Below are positions 20,515 to 31,074 of a stretch of 64,000 bases of DNA, one piece after another. Position numbers and translations under genes: made by a program. This stretch comes from Dehalococcoidia bacterium (GTDB taxonomy: Bacteria > Chloroflexota > Dehalococcoidia > Lucifugimonadales > JAGWBF01), in NCBI GenBank assembly GCA_963663025.1, contig OY760073.1:1523111-1587110 (forward strand). Direction: 5' to 3'. The notes beneath the pieces are model-generated. The model saw only the letters and a list, made by a program, of their open reading frames with translations, was not told the DNA's origin and did not search any database. The stretch's first letter is position 1; every line of letters starts with the position of its first letter.

Positions 20515-22161
20515 TTGAGGCAACGAGTCGATCTGCAAACCATCCGCGGCGATGTCTTCGGAGGCATAGTTGCGGCCGTGGTGAGCCTGCCGCTTGCGCT
20601 GGCCTTTGGTGTGGCCTCGGGCCTTGGTGCAGCTTCAGGTCTCTATGGAGCGGTCGCCGTGGGCTTTTTCGCGGCGATATCCGGCGGGACCCGGACCCAG
20701 ATATCAGGTCCCACCGGCCCAATGGCCGTGGCGATGGCGGTGGTGATCACCAGCCATGCGACGAGTCTCGCAGGTGCGTTTACGATTGTCATCCTGGCGG
20801 GGCTGATACAGATAATGCTGGGCGTACTGCGCATCGGCCGGTTCGTCGCCTACACTCCCTACTCTGTGATATCCGGGTTCATGTCCGGCATCGGCCTGAT
20901 TATCATACTGGTACAGACGCTGCCCTTTTTGGGGTCGGACATCGCCAGTGGAGGGCCGCTGGGAGCGGTCCACGCCTGGCCGGCCGCCATAAGCGATGTG
21001 AATTTCAGTGCGCTGGCCATCGCAGTCTCCACTCTCGTGGTGGTCGTGGCTTGGCCATCCCAGCTCAGGAAGCTTATGCCCCCCGCGCTTGTGGCGCTCA
21101 TATTCGGCACGCTGCTGGGCGTATTTTGGTTGAGCGAAGCCCCGATAATCGGAAAAGTTCCGACCGGCCTGCCAGAACTGCAACTGCCCGACCTTTCGAC
21201 AGGCAACCTTTTTCACATCATATATCCTGCCGTGACGCTCGCGCTGCTCGGCTCCATCGACACCCTGTTGACCTCTTTGGTAGCTGATTCGATGACGCGT
21301 ACTCGTCACATGCCCAATCGCACGCTGGTGGGCCAGGGCGTTGGCAACATGGCCGCCGGCTTCATAGGCGGATTGCCAGGCGCTGGAGCCACAATGGGTA
21401 CTGTGGTGAACATACGGGCAGGTGGCAAGACGCCTCTTTCGGGAGTGGTTTCGGCGCTGATTCTGCTCGCGATTGTGCTTGGGCTGGGGAGATATGTTGA
21501 GGATGTCCCGCACGCGGTCCTCGCTGGCATCCTGATGAAGGTCGGTTGGGACATAATCGACTGGCGATTCATGACCAGGATATTCCGTGTTCAGCACGAA
21601 CACCTCATTGTGATGGCAGTGACTCTCGGGCTGACGGTGTTCGTGGACCTGGTCACAGCGGTGACCATAGGTCTCATCATTGCCGGAATGGCCAGCGCAC
21701 GCCAGTTCGAGCGGTTCGAACTCGACAGCGTGGTCTCGGTACCGCTGCTGGATCGGGATTTCCTGTTTACCGGGGGAAATAGAGGGAATGAGGGTGAGTG
21801 CCGGGAAGACGAGGAGTGGGACGAATTCTCCGCGCGCGTCGGGCTTGTAGCGCTGAAGGGGACCTTCTCGGTCGCGTCCGCGCACAAGCTCACGAACACG
21901 ATCAGCGCCGACATCCAGGAACATCAGGTCGTCATCTTCAATTTTACGGAGACCATCTACATGGACGACAGCGCCGCTCTTGTTGTTGAGCAGCTGATCG
22001 ATACGGCCACAAAGCAGGATACCGGCTGCATAATCCTGGGGCTGCACGGCCAGCCCGCTGTCACTCTCAAGGCGCTCGACGTACTGAGGCAGGTTCCGGA
22101 AAAGAACGTGGTAACGACCCTGGATGAGGCTAGGGACGCTGCGGCAGCAATGCTCAAGTAG
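20515..22161 (+). CDS. SulP/SLC26 family anion transporter with STAS domain
   Basis: GDVFGGIVAAVVSLPLALAFGVASG, SGPTGPM, GQGVGN, and C-terminal STAS (YMDDSA). Confidence 0.92.
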   Translation: MRQRVDLQTIRGDVFGGIVAAVVSLPLALAFGVASGLGAASGLYGAVAVGFFAAISGGTRTQISGPTGPMAVAMAVVITSHATSLAGAFTIVILAGLIQIMLGVLRIGRFVAYTPYSVISGFMSGIGLIIILVQTLPFLGSDIASGGPLGAVHAWPAAISDVNFSALAIAVSTLVVVVAWPSQLRKLMPPALVALIFGTLLGVFWLSEAPIIGKVPTGLPELQLPDLSTGNLFHIIYPAVTLALLGSIDTLLTSLVADSMTRTRHMPNRTLVGQGVGNMAAGFIGGLPGAGATMGTVVNIRAGGKTPLSGVVSALILLAIVLGLGRYVEDVPHAVLAGILMKVGWDIIDWRFMTRIFRVQHEHLIVMAVTLGLTVFVDLVTAVTIGLIIAGMASARQFERFELDSVVSVPLLDRDFLFTGGNRGNEGECREDEEWDEFSARVGLVALKGTFSVASAHKLTNTISADIQEHQVVIFNFTETIYMDDSAALVVEQLIDTATKQDTGCIILGLHGQPAVTLKALDVLRQVPEKNVVTTLDEARDAAAAMLK

Positions 22162-22196
22162 ACAATCCAACCCCTGGTACTTTGGGCGCTGCTGGG

Positions 22197-22562
22197 TTCC
22201 AGGGTGGCTCTAACACAGGGGCGCCCGCCCCCCTTCGTACTTCGAGAGCCTCAGCACGAACGGAGGGGGATCAGGGCGAACGGGGGTGAGGCGGCCTGTC
22301 CCACCTCCGGGGTTTCCTGGATTGCGGCCTACGCCGCAATGACGAAAGGCGAGGCTGACGGGACGGGGCGTGTCGGACGCATTGCCTGGAAGTCGCTGTT
22401 TATGCCGAAAACCCGCGGCCGTCGTTGCGGCGTAGGCCGCAATCCAGAACGGAGCGCTGCCGGCTTCCAGGATGGCTCTAACACAGGGGCGCCCCCCTTC
22501 GTTCGTGCTTCGAGAGCCTCAGCACGAACGGTCGTAGGGGCGGGTTTCAAACCCGCCCCTAC
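22197..22562. repeat. Left REP cluster: CGTC-type inverted doublet (22317-22344/22420-22447), two CTTCGAGAGCCTCAGCACGAACGG units, and a GTAG palindrome (22534-22562)
   Basis: Read directly from the sequence. GTAGGGGCGGGTTTCAAACCCGCCCCTAC is a perfect GTAG-tagged hairpin; about 30 bp direct repeat at 22197 and 22465. Confidence 0.88.
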
Positions 22563-22589
22563 AGATGTCCGAATCGTCGGCGCGCCCAG

Positions 22590-25500
22590 CTAAGAGGTCG
22601 TGAACTGCGCCGCCGTGGCTAGCAGGTTGGCGTTCGTGCACCCGCTGTCGCTGTAGGCCGAGAAGGTGTACGCCGTGCTGGCGGTCAAGCCAGTGACGTT
22701 CACGCTCGTCCCGCTGACCGGCCCCGTACAGGTCGTCTTGCCCGTGGTCGTGGACTTGTAGTACCAGTCGCTGGTGTGGTTGGCGATGGTCAGCGTGGCC
22801 GTCGTGGCGGCGACGCTGGAGGAGGTCAGCTTGGCGTGTATCGTCGCCGTCACCTCGATCTTCATCGACTGGCCAGAGGACAACTCGGGCCAGTGGTTGG
22901 CCGACTGTTGGCGCGCCGCGTCGGCGATGCTCCAGCCGGTGCCGGTGGGCGTGAGCGTCTGCACGTTGCTAGTGGTGCTGTTCAGGTAGGCGGCATTGGC
23001 GGCGCTGGCGCTGACGTGGACGAAGTACGACGTGTTCGCGGCCAGTTCGCAGTTGCTCGAGCAGGTGAACTCGACCTGGCCGTTTGCAGGGGTCCCGCTG
23101 AGGGTCAGCGCGCGCGCCGTCGCGGACGGCGTGCCGTTGGACTGCCTGTCGTGGATGGCCACGGTGACGGCGCTGGCGTTGATCACTGCCGCGAAGTCCA
23201 CCGTGACGCTGGTCAGCTTGTAGATACCGGTCGTGTTGCCCGTGGTGAACTCCTGCGCATGAGCGTTGCCTGGGGCGCTTGGTCCGATGATGAGCAGGGA
23301 GCTCGCGGTCTCGCTCAAGTTGCTCACGGAGGCCACGTCGCCAACCAGCGTGGTGAACTGCGCCGCCGTCGCCAGCAGGTTCGCGGCCGTGCATCCGCTG
23401 TCGCTGTACGCCGAGTAGGTGTAGGCCGTGTTCTTGTCCAGGCCGGTCAGGTTCTTGCTCGTCCCGCTGACGGGGCCCTCGCACGTCGCGCCCGTGTTCG
23501 CGTGCTTGTAGTACCAGTTGCCCGTGTGGTCGGCGATGGTCAGCGTCGCCGTCGTCGCCGCAACGTTCGAGGAGGTGAGGCTAGGGGCGTTGACGAAAGC
23601 AATCTCCGCCACGTTCCAGTCGCTGTGGGAACCCCACGGATAACCACTGTCCTGGTAGTGACCGAACTCGACGCTCCAGCCGTTGCCGGATGGCTGGGCG
23701 GTCTCGGTCTCCGACGCTGCGTAAGCCCAGGCGTAACCGGGGAATGAGAAGGTGGTCAAAACCAGGAAATAGGTGGTGTCGGACGAGAGCTTGCAGCCGC
23801 TTCCCGCGCAGGTGAACGTCGTGTCGCTCCACGTGCTGATGGTCGGAGCGGTCCCGGCGAGCGTCGCCAGCGCCGTGGCGTCCGCTTCACTGGCGCTGGA
23901 GTACTCGCCGGTTCCCTTCATCGCGTGGAGCGTCGCCGTCACGCCATGGACACCGCCCTTCTTCCGTAGTGGCATGGTGACGCTCTTCAGGACGTAGCCG
24001 CCGGAGTTGGAGCCGGTGGTGAAGGCGACCGCCCCTTTATATTGACCGGAAATGGGAGAGTCTCCGCTCTTGGTACTGCCCAGGTTGGAGACGGAGGAGA
24101 ATGTGGTGAACCCTCCCGCCGCAGCCAGCAGGTTGCCCGTCGTGCAGCTGCTGTCGCTGTAGGCCGAGTAGGTGTAGGTCGTGTTGGCCGTGAGGCCGGT
24201 GAGGGCTTTGCTGGTTCCGCTGACCGGGCCATCGCAGGTCGCGCCCGCGCCCGTGTGCTTGTAGTACCAGTTCCCCGTGTGGTGGGCGATGGTCAGCGTC
24301 GCTGTCGTCGCCGCGACGTTGGAAGCGGTGAGCACAGGATTGGGAATGTTTTCGAAGACAACCTCGGCGAGGTTGTAGTCGGACCAACTGGCCCATGCCC
24401 GAGGATTGGGGGCATCCTCCTTATAGTGGCCAAACTCGATGTCCCAGCCATTGTCGGACGGCTGGGCGGTCTGCGTTTCTGTAAGCGCGTAAGCCCACTC
24501 GTACTTTCCGGTGCCGTCGAAGGTCGCCACCACGAAATAAACGGTGTTGGCCGAGAGGCTGCAGCCGCTGCCGGAGCAGGTGAAGGTCGTGTCGGTCCAC
24601 GTACTGGCGGTCGGGGCAGTACCCGAGAGGGTGGCGAGGGCCGTGGTGGACGGAGCGCTGGCCGCGGAGTACTGTCCTGTTCCGGCCATCGCGTGGAGCT
24701 TCAACTGGAGTCCGTTCGTGCCGCCGGATGCGCTGGTGCTCCTCAGCGGCACGGTGACGCCCTTCAGGACGTAGCCGCTGCGGTGGGCGCCAGTGGTGAA
24801 GGCAACCGCTTGCCTTTTGGCGGCGCTGACGTCCCCGGGGCCGGTCTTGGAGCTGCCCAGGTTGGAAACTGAGGAGGTCGTGGTGAACTGCGCCGCCGTA
24901 GCCAGCAGCGTTGAGCAACCGCTGTCGCTGTAGGCCGAGTAGGTGTAGGTCGTGTTGGTTATGAGTCCGGTGAGCGCTTTGCTCGTTCCGCTGACTGGGC
25001 CATCGCAGGTGGCGCCCGTGTTCGTGTGCTTGTAGTACCAATTGCCCGTGCGGTTGGCGATGTTCAGCGTCGCTGTTGTCAGGCCAACGTCCGAGACGGT
25101 CAACAGGATGATGGGTTCAATCAGCGGCGCCAGCGTAAAGGGCGAGCTGCCCCACTCGTTCGTGGTTCTGACCTTGATGTCATACGTTGCACTGTCGTTG
25201 ATGCTGTAGTCGGTGCCGCCAGCCGTCCATGACGTGATAGTGGCGGTAATGGTGCCGCCGGTATCGACGTTGGCGTCTTCGACGTCGGCGCAGAGGGTGT
25301 AGGCGCCCGTGAGGCCATTTACGCGCGTGGCGCACTCGATTTCGTAGCCCTTGCCGTACAACGGCGAAATCCATGACAGTGAAATGGATCCGGCCTGACG
25401 TGTGAACCAGATGGCGGAGGCGTGCGATGAATTCAGCTGCTTGGTGGGCTGGAGCGCCGGACGCGCGTTGGTTGCGGACGCCCAGTCACTGGCATCGGAG

Positions 25501-27240
25501 GGGTTAGTGTTCACCGCGCGCACCGCTACCAGGTAGGAACGGGTCCAGACCAAGTCACGATTGTTGCGGCTGTTCCGGTCAATGGTCAAGGTCGTGGTCG
25601 CGCCCGAATTCACCGAGCCGCATGACCACCACGTGCCCCAGCCGTCGGCGTCGGAGCAGGTCAAGTTGTAGCCGCCCGCGCCCGTCACCGCGGTCCAGGT
25701 TACGTGCAGTTTCTCGTCTTCCTGATAGTTGTCGCGCGTCACCGTCACCGACGCGGGCGCGACAAGCTGGCTCTGGGATTGCGCGGACGCGATAGATGCG
25801 CCCGACGACTGGACGGTGTTCAGCCAGCCGTGGGACGGCAACCGCGAGAGTTCGGTCCAGGGGCCGGCGATGTCTGCGTTGCGGGCGCGCACAGCCACGT
25901 AATCGATGGTCTTGGTCGTCGTGTAACGGTAGGAGGTGGCGGTGACCTTCTGCGCCACATCGTGCCAGTCGGAGGCGCCGGCCTCCTTGGCGCGGATATC
26001 GTAGCCGGTCGCATGGTTGACGGCGTCCCAGGAGATGTCCAGGTAGCCGTCGCCGGGCGTCACGCTGAGGCCGGAGGGCGCGGCGAGCACGGGGATGGCG
26101 GGAACAGCCTTGGCGAACCAGGGCGGGGCGTTGGGGGCGCCGACGCTCGCGCCGCCGCCGTTGACGGCGCGCAGGTGGTAGCGGTACTCCTTGCCGTTGG
26201 CCAAGCCGGTGAAGGTGTGGGACGTGGTCGAAGCGCTGCTGCCCGCGATGGCTGTCCACGGCCCCCAGCCAGACAGGTTTCCGGTGGAGGTGTGGTTGTG
26301 GTTGAGGTTGTACTCGTAGCCGGTGATGGACGAGTCCGACGGGTCGTCCCACGACAGGGTGATGCTGGCGTTGCCCACGGTTGCGGTGAGGCCGGTTGGC
26401 GCGGCCGGCGGCAGGATCACGGGATCTGGTATGGGGGTCGGCGTCGGCGTGGGCTCAGGCGTGGGAGTCGGTGTGGGCGTGGGTTTCGGAGGGGGCGCCG
26501 ACGGGCTCGCGGAGGCGAACCAGGGCGGGGCGTTGGGGGCGCCGATGCTCGCGCCGCCGGCGTTGACGGCCCGGACATGGTAGCGGTACTCGCGCCCATT
26601 CCTGAGGCCGCTGAAGGTGTGGGAGGTGGTGGAGGCGCCGCTGCCCGCGATGGCTGTCCAAGGCCCCCAGCCGGACAGGTTGCCCGTCGAGGTGTCGTTG
26701 TGGTTGAGGTTGTACTCGTAGCCGGTGATGGACGAGTCCGACGGGTCGTTCCACGATAGGGTGACGCTGCCGTCGCCCGCGGTTGCGGTGAGGCCGGTGG
26801 GCGCGGCGGGCGGCGTGGTCTCGGGCTGAATGACAGGCGTGTAGGGCCCGGCGGACGCGGAGTTGGTCCATCCGCCCCAGCCCTGGTCGTTGCCGGCGCG
26901 GACACCGACGATATAGGTCTTGGCATTGTCGGCGGTGAAGGTGAGGGTGTTGGTCGGAACGTTCCGGTGGTCGTCCACGGGAGCGTGCCAGCTTGCGCCG
27001 TCGTCGGTGGAGTAGGTTACGTGGTACTTGGTGGCGCCGGTCGGGGCATCCCAGGAGGCGGTCAGGCTGCCGTTGGCGCGGGAGAGGGAAACGGACTCAG
27101 GAGAGTCGGGGGGGGGGGGGCGACTTCGCCAGCGCGGGAGACGCGAAGAGAGCAACGGCGGCCAGGAGGAGCAGCGCGATCGGGGCGAGGAGGAGCAGGG
27201 CCGGTCGAGGTGATGTTATGGTGGCGCGTCGGATGTTCAA
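22590..27240 (-). CDS. Giant secreted FN3-repeat adhesin-like protein, frameshifted at a G13 tract just after the signal peptide
   Basis: GGAGG RBS and TTG 27240 give signal peptide MNIRRATITSPRPALLLLAPIALLLLAAVALFASPALA-KS. Span is 3n+1; removing one G joins it to the 1521-aa ORF. Contains two near-identical FN3 units, a PT linker, and four TATLTIA..WYYK..C.GPVSGTS..YSAYSDSGC units alternating with three SVSNL..FTTG domains. Confidence 0.85.
27108..27120 (+). repeat. G13 homopolymer tract
   Basis: 13 consecutive G counted; 12 would be in frame. Confidence 0.9.
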
Positions 27241-27310
27241 GGCATTGCCTCCCTTCGCACGGGCATCTACGGGCCCAGCTGCGCTCGAATGCGAGTCATT
27301 TACCCAGGCT

Positions 27311-27342
27311 GCATTATATCACAGCAATCATGGCGACATGAT
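27311..27342 (-). promoter_or_regulatory. Putative extended -10 promoter and palindromic operator upstream of the adhesin
   Basis: TGATATAAT on the minus strand (27313-27321) and ATCATG-N4-CATGAT palindrome (27327-27342) in an AT-rich patch. Confidence 0.4.
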
Positions 27343-27409
27343 AAATTCAAATATAAAATTCAGATTACGTTCCGTGTCTCAACGAGGGGATGCGCCGCCG
27401 GGGGCGTGT

Positions 27410-27820
27410 CCGTTCACCCTGAGGCTCTCGAAGGGGGAGCGGACAGAAGGGGAGGGCCTGGATCCTCGTTCGTACTTCGAGAGCCTCAGCACGAACGGAG
27501 GCGGGGCGGCCTAGCCGTTCGCCCTGAGGCTCTCGAAGGGGGAATGGGGTGGGGAAGGACGGCAGGCCGGCCCTTCCGTCACATCCCGGCCTGTCCCACC
27601 TCCGGGGTTTCCTGGATTGCGGCCTACGCCGCAATGACGGCGTGGGTTTTCGGCATAAACAGCGACTTCCAGGCAATGCGTCCGACACGCCCCGTCCCGT
27701 CAGCCGCGCTTTTCGTCATTGCGGCGTAGGCCGCAATCCAGAACGGAGCATTGCCGGATTCCAGGATAGCTCCGTCAGCAGGGCGACCTGTTCATGCTTC
27801 GAGAGCCTCAGCACGAACGG
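27410..27820. repeat. Right REP cluster: four CCGTTC..CTGAG..TCGAAG-family units and a CGTC-type inverted doublet (27612-27639/27714-27741)
   Basis: Shares long stretches with 22234-22531 in direct orientation, but the doublet spacer is inverted. Confidence 0.88.
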
Positions 27821-27867
27821 AAGGGGGAAGGACGGCCCTCCTTAGTGGAGTGAGGATGAAGGATGGA

Positions 27868-28704
27868 TCATCCCCCGGCTTCGATGGGGGTGTCGTCCCT
27901 GTTGCCCCACTCCTTCCAGGAGGCGTCGTAGTTGCATGCCCGCTCGTAGCCCAGGAGCTTCAACACCAGCGTGCTGTGACCAGCACGAATCCCGGCCTGT
28001 CAGTGGGCTAACACCTCTTTTTCCGGCGTTATGCCCTTGGCCTCCAGAAGCTCCCGCATCTCCCCTGCGGCCTTGAAGGTGTGGGTCCCTTCATCCATCA
28101 GGTCCGACCACTCCAGGTGATGGGCGCCGGGGATGTGCCCGGCCCGCTGATTGCCGCGGGTGTTCTCCCCCGTGTACTCGGCACGGCTCCGCACATCCCA
28201 GACCACAACGTCCGGGTCCTGGTACGCCTCCTTCAGTCGCTCTGCGGTGACCAGCAAAGAGGCATCAGCCTTGGGTGTGAACGTAGCCCCTTCCTTCCCT
28301 CGGCTTGGGGTTGTGCTCAAGGGCCTGCCTTCCTCCAGCCACTTCTTCCAGCCGCCGTTGAGCACCTTGACCTTGTCGTGGCCGTAGTAGTTCAGGACCC
28401 ACCAGAACCTTCCGGCGTACAGGGAACGGGTGTGGTCATAGGCCACCACCAGGGTATCGTCGCCGATGCCCAGCCCCTCCATCATGTGGGCGCACTGCTC
28501 GGGGGAAACAACGTGCACCTGGCCGGTGTCTTGGTTTTTCTCGTAGTTGTCTGGCACCACGACAGCGCCGGGAATGTGGGCGCGGTAGTAGGAGGCCGCG
28601 GGGTCGGTATCCACGATGCAGATGTCTGGGTCCTCTAGGTGATCTGCAAGCCACTGGGTCTCAGCCAGGTATTCAGGGTGGGCATATCCCTCTGCTGACG
28701 CCAT
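27868..28704 (-). CDS. Tandem-rhodanese sulfurtransferase, probable selenoprotein (UGA at the catalytic position)
   Basis: The ORF track stops at EVLAH*; the same frame continues [46 protein letters not shown], which is the rhodanese active-site loop and YDxSWxEW signature. Confidence 0.88.
27966..27995 (-). promoter_or_regulatory. Putative bacterial SECIS element
   Basis: Starting 12 nt after UGA: CGUGCUG-GUCA-CAGCACG, a perfect 7-bp stem with a G-first apical loop, plus a lower CCGG/CUGG pairing. Confidence 0.7.
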
Positions 28705-28915
28705 CCCGCTCCTCCTAATTCCGGCTATTGGACACGCCCCAGCCTATAGCCGCCCCCTAGCCCAGTCAACTACAGGCCCCGTGCGCCAGTCACCCTTGAC
28801 CGGAAAACGGGCGCACCCTACGATGGTACTCCGTTCCCAAGCCCAGTTGGATCGGGAAGCGGGCCAGGAAACGCCATTAAGCACATCGCCGTCAATGCCA
28901 ATAAGGGAGGTTGTC

Positions 28916-29833
28916 ATGGAGTGGGAGTACGAGCTGGTTGCCGAGTGCGGCCGTCTGACCGAAGGCCCCGTCTGGGACGGAGAAGCTCTCCTGTTCAGCC
29001 ACATACCGGGCAGCAGGATCATGCGGTACGACCCCGATTCGGGGGCCTGCACCGAGTTCCGCACCGACACCAACCACATCAACGGGCTGAACTTCGACGC
29101 CCAGGGCAGGCTGTACGGGTGCTGCTCGGGGGGTCGCTCCATCGTGCGCCTGGAGCCCGACGGCACAACCACCACCCTGGTTGATCGATGGGAGGGACTG
29201 CGCTTCAACACCCCAAACGACCTGGCCCTGGACAGCAAGGGGCGCATCTGGTTCACCAATCCATGGAACGAGGGCAACATCGACCCCAGCGAAAGCATGG
29301 AGATGGACCACGAGGAGGCCTTCCGGGCGGACCCCCAGCCCGACGGGAGCTACAGCGTTACGAGGGTCACCTTCGACACCACCAAGACCAACGGCATCCT
29401 GGTGTCCCCCGACGAGACCATCCTGTACGTGGCCCAGAGCGACGGCGTGGCTGGAAGGACCCGGGAGCTAAGGGCCTACCCCATCCTGGACGACGGCTCC
29501 CTGGGGCCGTACACCCTGCTCCACCAGTTCGGGGAAGACCACAAGGGTCCCCAGCGGGGCATCGACGGGATGTGCTTCGACAGCGAGGGGAACATCATCG
29601 CCACGGCGGGCATCAACACCAGCGGCCCCGGCCCGATGATCTACGTGTTCGAAGCGCCCAGCGGTCGGGTGCTGGAGACCCACCGGGTGCCCGACGGCGT
29701 GAACACCCCCACGAACTGCGCCTTCGGCGGGCCGGACCTGTCCACCCTGTACATCACGTCGGGCCAGGGACATCTACTGAAGGTAGGCAACACGGGCCGC
29801 CGGGGTTGGATCCTCTGGCCCCCGTCCAGGTGA
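28916..29833 (+). CDS. SMP-30/gluconolactonase family protein
   Basis: TEGPVW, NGL, NTPNDL, NGI, IDGM and PTNCAFGG motifs; GGGAGG RBS before ATG 28916. Confidence 0.92.
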   Translation: MEWEYELVAECGRLTEGPVWDGEALLFSHIPGSRIMRYDPDSGACTEFRTDTNHINGLNFDAQGRLYGCCSGGRSIVRLEPDGTTTTLVDRWEGLRFNTPNDLALDSKGRIWFTNPWNEGNIDPSESMEMDHEEAFRADPQPDGSYSVTRVTFDTTKTNGILVSPDETILYVAQSDGVAGRTRELRAYPILDDGSLGPYTLLHQFGEDHKGPQRGIDGMCFDSEGNIIATAGINTSGPGPMIYVFEAPSGRVLETHRVPDGVNTPTNCAFGGPDLSTLYITSGQGHLLKVGNTGRRGWILWPPSR

Positions 29834-29834
29834 A

Positions 29835-31026
29835 GTGACTCGTTTAAACATTCGAGACTGGCGCCTGGGTTCCCCCACTTGGGCCCTCGTCGGCCTCGCC
29901 TTCTTCCTGGCTCTACCCTCGACAGGCTTGGTCGAAAAGTACCTGGGGACCCCGCTAGTTCCCGTTTACGTATTGGGTGTCCTGGCTGTTCTCTTTATAG
30001 GATACCGACCTGCTCTCATTTGGTTCTTAACCCACGTTTCATCGACCCGTGCGGTCTGGCTGCTGGTGGCTATCACGGCTGGCTTGGTCATTGCCTTCGC
30101 AGTGGTGTACCCAATTGCGGATTCCGGTTTCTTTGGCGGAGGGGCAGACCGGGACGATGCCTTGAACTTGGCTGCAAGCGAGCTTTTGCACGGAAGATAC
30201 CCCTATTCGGAGGAGACCTATTTAAGCAACCCCATTTCCCCTTTACCTGGGGCAGTGTTGCTGGCGGCCCCCTTCGTCCTCTTGGGCAACGCAGCCTACC
30301 AGGTCTTCTTCTGGCTGCCCTTCTTCCTGATTGTTATGGCACGATGGTTCGGGTCTGCGGTGGTTGTGCTGGCCCTTCTGTTAACCATCCTGCTGCTGTC
30401 GCCGGTTGTGCTGCGGGGCATTGTGACCGGAAGCGATCTGTTGTCCAACAGCATCTATGTGTTGCTGTTCGCCTTTCTGACGGTCCGCAACGCCCCCCCC
30501 CCCCGATACTAAGCCTTGGCAGACCTTGTTGCTGGCGGCCCTCCTGGGCTTGGGGCTTTCGTCCAGGGCCAACTTTATTCTGATCCTCCCGTTGCTGTTC
30601 GGGCTGCTGGTCCAGAGGGCAGGAGTAAGGCCAGCGATAACATACACCGGCGTGACGTGCATGGCATTCGCTGCGGTTACCCTGCCCTTCTGGTTGTGGA
30701 CCCCCGGAGAATTTAGTCCTTTACATGTATCCAGTAAGTTGGAGTCGTCCGTTCCGTATACAGCTATCCTCGTGCCGGCGATTGCGGGAGCAGCAAGTAT
30801 CGTATTGTCCTTCCTAAGAATGAGCAGAGACTGCGTGGTACTGTTCTTGAGCTTCGCCATAGTCAACGCGTTTCTCGTGCTCAGCATGATGGCCCTGCGA
30901 TCGTTAGAGTTGGGAGGGCCCACATTTCGTGTGGACGACGTTGGGGAGCTATTCCTGGTCTTCGGTGTCTTTGCCTGCTTCAGCCGCCTGCTGACCAAAG
31001 ACGAGGGATTGACTAAGTTGAGGTAG
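29835..31026 (+). CDS. Polytopic membrane protein, GT-C/GT87-like glycosyltransferase, frameshifted at a C12 tract (30493-30504)
   Basis: Two hydrophobic ORFs (29835-30512, 30526-31026) join as NAPPPDTKPWQTLLL if one C is removed. Loop DRDDALNLAASELLHGRYPY resembles the first GT-C loop. Confidence 0.6.
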
Positions 31027-31074
31027 TTTGGTAGCAAAACTTATATGGCCGAATGAACCGAAGTGAGTTACTAC

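Noticed and set aside
22197..27820. REP clusters as CRISPR arrays
   Set aside because: The units alternate in orientation, mix several families, lack regular unique spacers, and no cas genes are present.
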